This document shows positions 53,527 to 57,118 of a stretch of DNA of 57,118 nucleotides, one piece after another. Origin of the DNA: Candidatus Omnitrophota bacterium (GTDB lineage: Bacteria > Omnitrophota > Omnitrophia > Omnitrophales > Omnitrophaceae); the NCBI GenBank assembly GCA_029561555.1, contig JAKQXH010000080.1:1-57118 (forward strand). The letters run 5' to 3'. The position numbers and the translations under genes are program-made. How positions within the stretch are numbered: position 1 is the first letter of the stretch; each line of letters starts with the position of its first letter. The notes beneath the pieces were generated by a model. That model was given only the letters and a program-made list of their open reading frames with translations, was not told where the DNA came from and did not search any database.

Positions 53527-54369
53527 ATGCGGAATGAAAATCGTCTTTTGCACAGATGGTGTTTCGGTTGCGGCCTGTCGGCGCTGTTCGTTGTTTTGGG
53601 CGTGTTGTTTTTATGGTTCGCTCTTCCGAAAGCGTTGCGGCACTACGAACATCAGGCTTCTCTCGCTTCTTCCCCGAAAACGGCCCAAAACCGGAACGGC
53701 CTTCCCAGCGACCCCCTGAACATTGCCTTAATCGGTTCCCGGGAAGAAATCTTGCGGGCGTTTCTTGCTTCGGGCTGGCGTCCCGCGGACCCGATTACCT
53801 TGAAATCCGGTCTGGAGATCGCTTCGAGTGTCTTGCTGAATTATCCATACCCTACGGCCCCCGTCAGCAATTTGTATCTGTGGGGAAGGCCCCAAGACCT
53901 GGCTTTTGAACAGGAGGTGGGAAAAAGCGCTCGTCACCGGCATCATGTTCGTTTGTGGAAAACCGATATCGCCGTTCCTCCCCAGGCCAGGCCTCTTTGG
54001 CTGGGCGCCGCGACATTCGATCAAAACGTCGGGTTCAAGCGGCGAAGCATTGAACCGACGCATCATATCGCGCCGGACATTGACGCGGAACGGGACGGCT
54101 TAATGCAAACGCTTCTCCGCGCCGGTTGTCTTGTCGAGATGTATCAGGTAACGGGACCGGGACAAACTTTGGCGGGCCGAAACGGAAGCGGAGATTGGTA
54201 TTATACGGACGGAGAGCTGACGGTCGGCGTGATTTCCCCCGGAAACACTATTTCGCCGACCCCGCCCGAAATGGCTCCCAACCCTCCCGTTGTTCGTTTT
54301 AAAAATACCGTCTGGATCGGGTTGAAAAAAGCCTTGCGCCGTTTGGAAAACGCGGGAAAATCAGCTTAA
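53527..54369 (+). CDS. Membrane-anchored LssY-like C-terminal domain protein
   Basis: N-terminal TM; SDPLNIALIG, GWRPAD, APVSNLYLWGRPQDLAFE, RHHVRLW, WLGAATFD, THHIAPDIDAERD, YYTDG. Confidence 0.85.
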   Translation: MRNENRLLHRWCFGCGLSALFVVLGVLFLWFALPKALRHYEHQASLASSPKTAQNRNGLPSDPLNIALIGSREEILRAFLASGWRPADPITLKSGLEIASSVLLNYPYPTAPVSNLYLWGRPQDLAFEQEVGKSARHRHHVRLWKTDIAVPPQARPLWLGAATFDQNVGFKRRSIEPTHHIAPDIDAERDGLMQTLLRAGCLVEMYQVTGPGQTLAGRNGSGDWYYTDGELTVGVISPGNTISPTPPEMAPNPPVVRFKNTVWIGLKKALRRLENAGKSA

Positions 54370-54893
54370 ATGAATCGCGGTCTCAGCAAATCGTCCACGG
54401 TCAGCAGCAATTGGTCCAAATCAACCGGTTTATTTAAAAAAACCTGAAATTCCCACGGTTCAAAAAAATCTTTCATGTCTCCCCGGGCCGACAAAATAAT
54501 CACGGGAACCGTTTCAAACCCCGTTTGCTCCCTGAGATGCCTCAGAAAATCGTATCCCGACATTTTGGGCATCAGGAGATCTACGATCATTAAATTCGGT
54601 CTTTCCCTCCGCGCGACTTCAAGCCCTTCCAGTCCGTCATACGCCGTTACCACATCATACTGATGCTCTTTCAGCAAATCCCCTATGGCCATAACCAGGG
54701 ATTTTTCGTCGTCGATAATGAGGATTTTTTGGGCCCGCCATTTTTCTTTTTCGATTTTCTTTCTTTCCTCGATTTTTTTTAATTCTTCCTGCGCGACGGG
54801 ATCCGGCTCGAGCTTGAGATTACAGCGGGAGCAAAAAATGCTGGCCGAATCGTTCAGGCAGCCGCAATAAAGGCAGGTTCTGGTTTTTCGCAC
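54366..54893 (-). CDS. Zinc-ribbon plus receiver-domain response regulator (no output domain)
   Basis: CLYC-x10-CSRC, then IIDDE, IVDLLMP, LSA, LNKP; GTG start with GGAGG upstream. Confidence 0.88.
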   Translation of the reverse strand: MRKTRTCLYCGCLNDSASIFCSRCNLKLEPDPVAQEELKKIEERKKIEKEKWRAQKILIIDDEKSLVMAIGDLLKEHQYDVVTAYDGLEGLEVARRERPNLMIVDLLMPKMSGYDFLRHLREQTGFETVPVIILSARGDMKDFFEPWEFQVFLNKPVDLDQLLLTVDDLLRPRFI

Positions 54894-54994
54894 GCCTTTC
54901 CCTCCCGGTTAAAAGGCTTCCCCAAAAAATGGCTCTTTAGAGTATCATCGGCCGGAGCGTGGGTTTCTTGGGAAGTTTTTTGGAGGGTCCGGCG

Positions 54995-55558
54995 CTACGC
55001 TGTTTTGGGTTTCAGGATTTCGTCCACCACATTCAGGAGGTTATCAAGATCGATCGGCTTGGTCATGAAAATTTTAAAGTCCCAGGGTTCGAAAAACCCC
55101 TGCATGTCCCCCCGTGCCGTCATGATAATGACCGGAATATCCCTCGCCCCGGTCTGCGTTTCCAAGTGTTTCAAAAATTCATAGCCGGTCATCTTCGGCA
55201 TCAAAACGTCGAGAATGATTAAGTCGGGCGCTTCTTTTTCGACTTCATCCAGCCCCTGCGCGCCGTTATGCGCAATCGCGATATCGTAACCCCGTTCCTG
55301 CAGTAAATCCGAAAGGGCCATGGTGAGGGCCTCTTCGTCGTCGATAATCAGAATCCTTTTCTTGGCTCTGCCGGATTCTTTTTTCTTCGGAGGTTCGGCG
55401 GGGGCTTTGGGCGCGGGAGTTTCCTCGATTTCGACAAATTCCGGACCGAAATCTTCCGGCTTGGATTCTTGTTGAACAATCGAACGGCAGCGAGGGCAGA
55501 ACAGCTCCTCGATTTCCGCCCATTTGCCGCATGCGGGACATTTTTTTTTAGGTGCCAT
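54995..55558 (-). CDS. Zinc-ribbon plus receiver-domain response regulator (paralogue of 54366-54893)
   Basis: CPAC-x10-CPRC, Pro/Glu-rich linker, IIDDE, ILDVLMP, MTA, MTKP. Confidence 0.9.
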   Translation of the reverse strand: MAPKKKCPACGKWAEIEELFCPRCRSIVQQESKPEDFGPEFVEIEETPAPKAPAEPPKKKESGRAKKRILIIDDEEALTMALSDLLQERGYDIAIAHNGAQGLDEVEKEAPDLIILDVLMPKMTGYEFLKHLETQTGARDIPVIIMTARGDMQGFFEPWDFKIFMTKPIDLDNLLNVVDEILKPKTA

Positions 55559-55702
55559 AGCCCTCGATCCGTTCCGGTCCGAAGCGGGAATCTCCCGTTA
55601 AATTTCGTTTTCCCGAAAATCGAACCCTTCCCCCGAAGCGGCGACCCGCTATCCGGGGTATTTTTCAAGAAGGTTTTATCAAAAAAAACGGTTTTCAGCA
55701 AA

Positions 55703-56866
55703 TCAATTTAGAATTTTTTCGATGAAATCCGTAACGGCATCCGCAACGATCTCATTGCCTTGCGGGCTGTAATGCAAAGGGATGAGTGCCTGGAGACGCT
55801 TTTGGTTCTCTTCTTTCGAAAAAATGCGGTCCGTCCGGACTAGCGGGGCGATGGCCTCCGCTTTTTCCAAAAAATCAGCGGGCAAGGAATTTAAATTGTC
55901 CCCGTACGGTAGCAGTACCGAAAAAAACATTGCCCCTTCCGCCTCCGCTTCTTTTTTAAATTCCGAAATAATCGCCAAACTAAGCGTTTCCGGTTTTTCG
56001 ATTCGTTCGGATTGTTCGCCGCTTTTGCCCTGAGAATAAATAAACGAGACCAGTTTGCTTCTTAAAAATATACTGTCCCGATATTTATCTTTGTCGTACC
56101 AGTATTCGTATTTTGAAAGCTCCCACGAATCAAAATCCCGGGCAATCCGGATCAGTTGATCCGGCGCCGGTACGGGCACGTTGATCAATCTCAACCGACC
56201 GCCTTCCAGAGTAAACCGGGATTTGGAAAAAGGCATTCCCGTCTTTGAATCGTAAATCGGTTTCATTAAATTAACGCATCGCCTGATGTTTTCAATCTGC
56301 AGGCCCAGTATCACGATTTTGGGCTTATGCAGCCGGCCCATTTTCTCCCAGCGGAGAAAGCTCTGATCGATCCCGTATCCTCCGACGCCAAAATTCAGAA
56401 CTTCCGCATTGAGACCGGTGCTTCTGAGTTTTTTTTCGAGAACATATCCCCAGGTGTCTTCAAAAGCGACGTCATCGCCGTGAGTAAAAGAATCTCCGAA
56501 AATCGCGATTCTCAAGATCCCCGGCCGGGGGTCTTCTAAAATAACGGTATCACAAGACGCCGTTCGGATCGCGTCCTCATTGTAGTGATAAAGCCCGTTC
56601 CCTGACGTGCTTTTGGGCCGAGGCGCCCAACCCAAAACAGGATCGTACTGAATCGATGCTTTGTCTTTCAGCGCAAGATATCTGTTTATTTTTCTTTCCC
56701 AGCTTCGGATGGGTATTCGATGGGGATAACAGCGGAGGTTGCCGACAAAAAAATTGCCGTCTTCGTCAAATCGTCCGTTGGCACGGACTAGCCACTCGCC
56801 TGCCGAAAAAGTAACCATTAGGACGAAAAAGAATAAAAGGAGGGCGTTTGGGAGGGATTTTCTCAC
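55703..56866 (-). CDS. Membrane-anchored SGNH/GDSL hydrolase family protein
   Basis: N-terminal TM; IAIFGDSFTHG (block I), NFGVGGYG (block II), HYSPQGN (block V). GTG start at 56866 is tentative. Confidence 0.8.
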   Translation of the reverse strand: MRKSLPNALLLFFFVLMVTFSAGEWLVRANGRFDEDGNFFVGNLRCYPHRIPIRSWERKINRYLALKDKASIQYDPVLGWAPRPKSTSGNGLYHYNEDAIRTASCDTVILEDPRPGILRIAIFGDSFTHGDDVAFEDTWGYVLEKKLRSTGLNAEVLNFGVGGYGIDQSFLRWEKMGRLHKPKIVILGLQIENIRRCVNLMKPIYDSKTGMPFSKSRFTLEGGRLRLINVPVPAPDQLIRIARDFDSWELSKYEYWYDKDKYRDSIFLRSKLVSFIYSQGKSGEQSERIEKPETLSLAIISEFKKEAEAEGAMFFSVLLPYGDNLNSLPADFLEKAEAIAPLVRTDRIFSKEENQKRLQALIPLHYSPQGNEIVADAVTDFIEKILN

Positions 56867-56982
56867 TTCAGGACATTTGCGTTGAGAAATTGCACGGATA
56901 AGGGTTTTCGGTTTGCATTCTAAAAAACCGCTGTTCTTGTCTTCCAATTTAAACGTTATCAATGATTCCAACGGAAAAGGGG

Positions 56983-57118
56983 GCCGCAACTTCTTAGTTG
57001 CGCCTGTGTCTTTGGTTCGTATTTTAAAAGCGCTTCAGCCGCAACTTCTTAGTTGCGCCTGTGCCTTTGGTTCGTATTTTAAAAGCGCTTCAGCCGCAAC
57101 TTCTTAGTTGCGCCTGTG
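56983..57118. repeat. 55-bp tandem repeat (2.5 copies, truncated by the window end) with palindromic core
   Basis: GCCGCAACTTCTTAGTTGCGCCTGTG at 56983, 57038 and 57093, separated by 29-nt segments that are identical except for the first base (T/C). Confidence 0.95.

Noticed and set aside
56983-57118. CRISPR array
   Set aside because: Repeat and spacer lengths (26/29 nt) and the hairpin fit, but the two 'spacers' differ by only one base and there are no cas genes in the window. Treated as a tandem repeat.
1-57118. rRNA, tRNA, transposase or prophage genes
   Set aside because: No intergenic gap shows tRNA cloverleaf or T-loop signatures, and no ORF carries DDE, HUH, integrase or phage structural motifs that I could recognise.

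Overview
57 kb bacterial window, about 55% GC by eye, containing about 38 recognisable genes. The gene set and the giant-protein type suggest Candidatus Omnitrophota / PVC superphylum; this is an inference. The left and right thirds are mostly housekeeping or accessory metabolism: MFS exporter, iron exporter, fba, cstA, oxidoreductases, RNA-modification enzymes, lsrF, CoA-disulfide reductase fusion, ETF:QO with a fused EtfBA, pyk, purF and regulators. The centrepiece is a 17.1 kb single ORF on the minus strand (27161-44305, about 5714 aa) with its own strong sigma70 promoter, RBS, signal peptide and terminator. Fourteen [AG]-x-[SA]-L-G linkers cut it into 15 modules. Recognisable modules are a phosphohexomutase, a glucose-6-P isomerase, a NagB-like deaminase, a metallo-beta-lactamase-fold phosphodiesterase with two cNMP-binding domains, and a SAM methyltransferase. 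One module has a sharply different codon usage that switches at the linkers. Other highlights are a co-varying tandem hairpin element rich in tandem G.A pairs (21124-21481), a radical-SAM/polyferredoxin/DsbD-like cluster with a Tat-like leader interrupted by an oppositely oriented spermidine-synthase-like gene, a PurF with Ser in place of Cys1, tandem Zn-ribbon-receiver paralogues, and a 55-bp palindromic tandem repeat at the window end. No rRNA, tRNA, transposase, integrase or true CRISPR array was recognised. All calls are by motif recognition; no searches were run.
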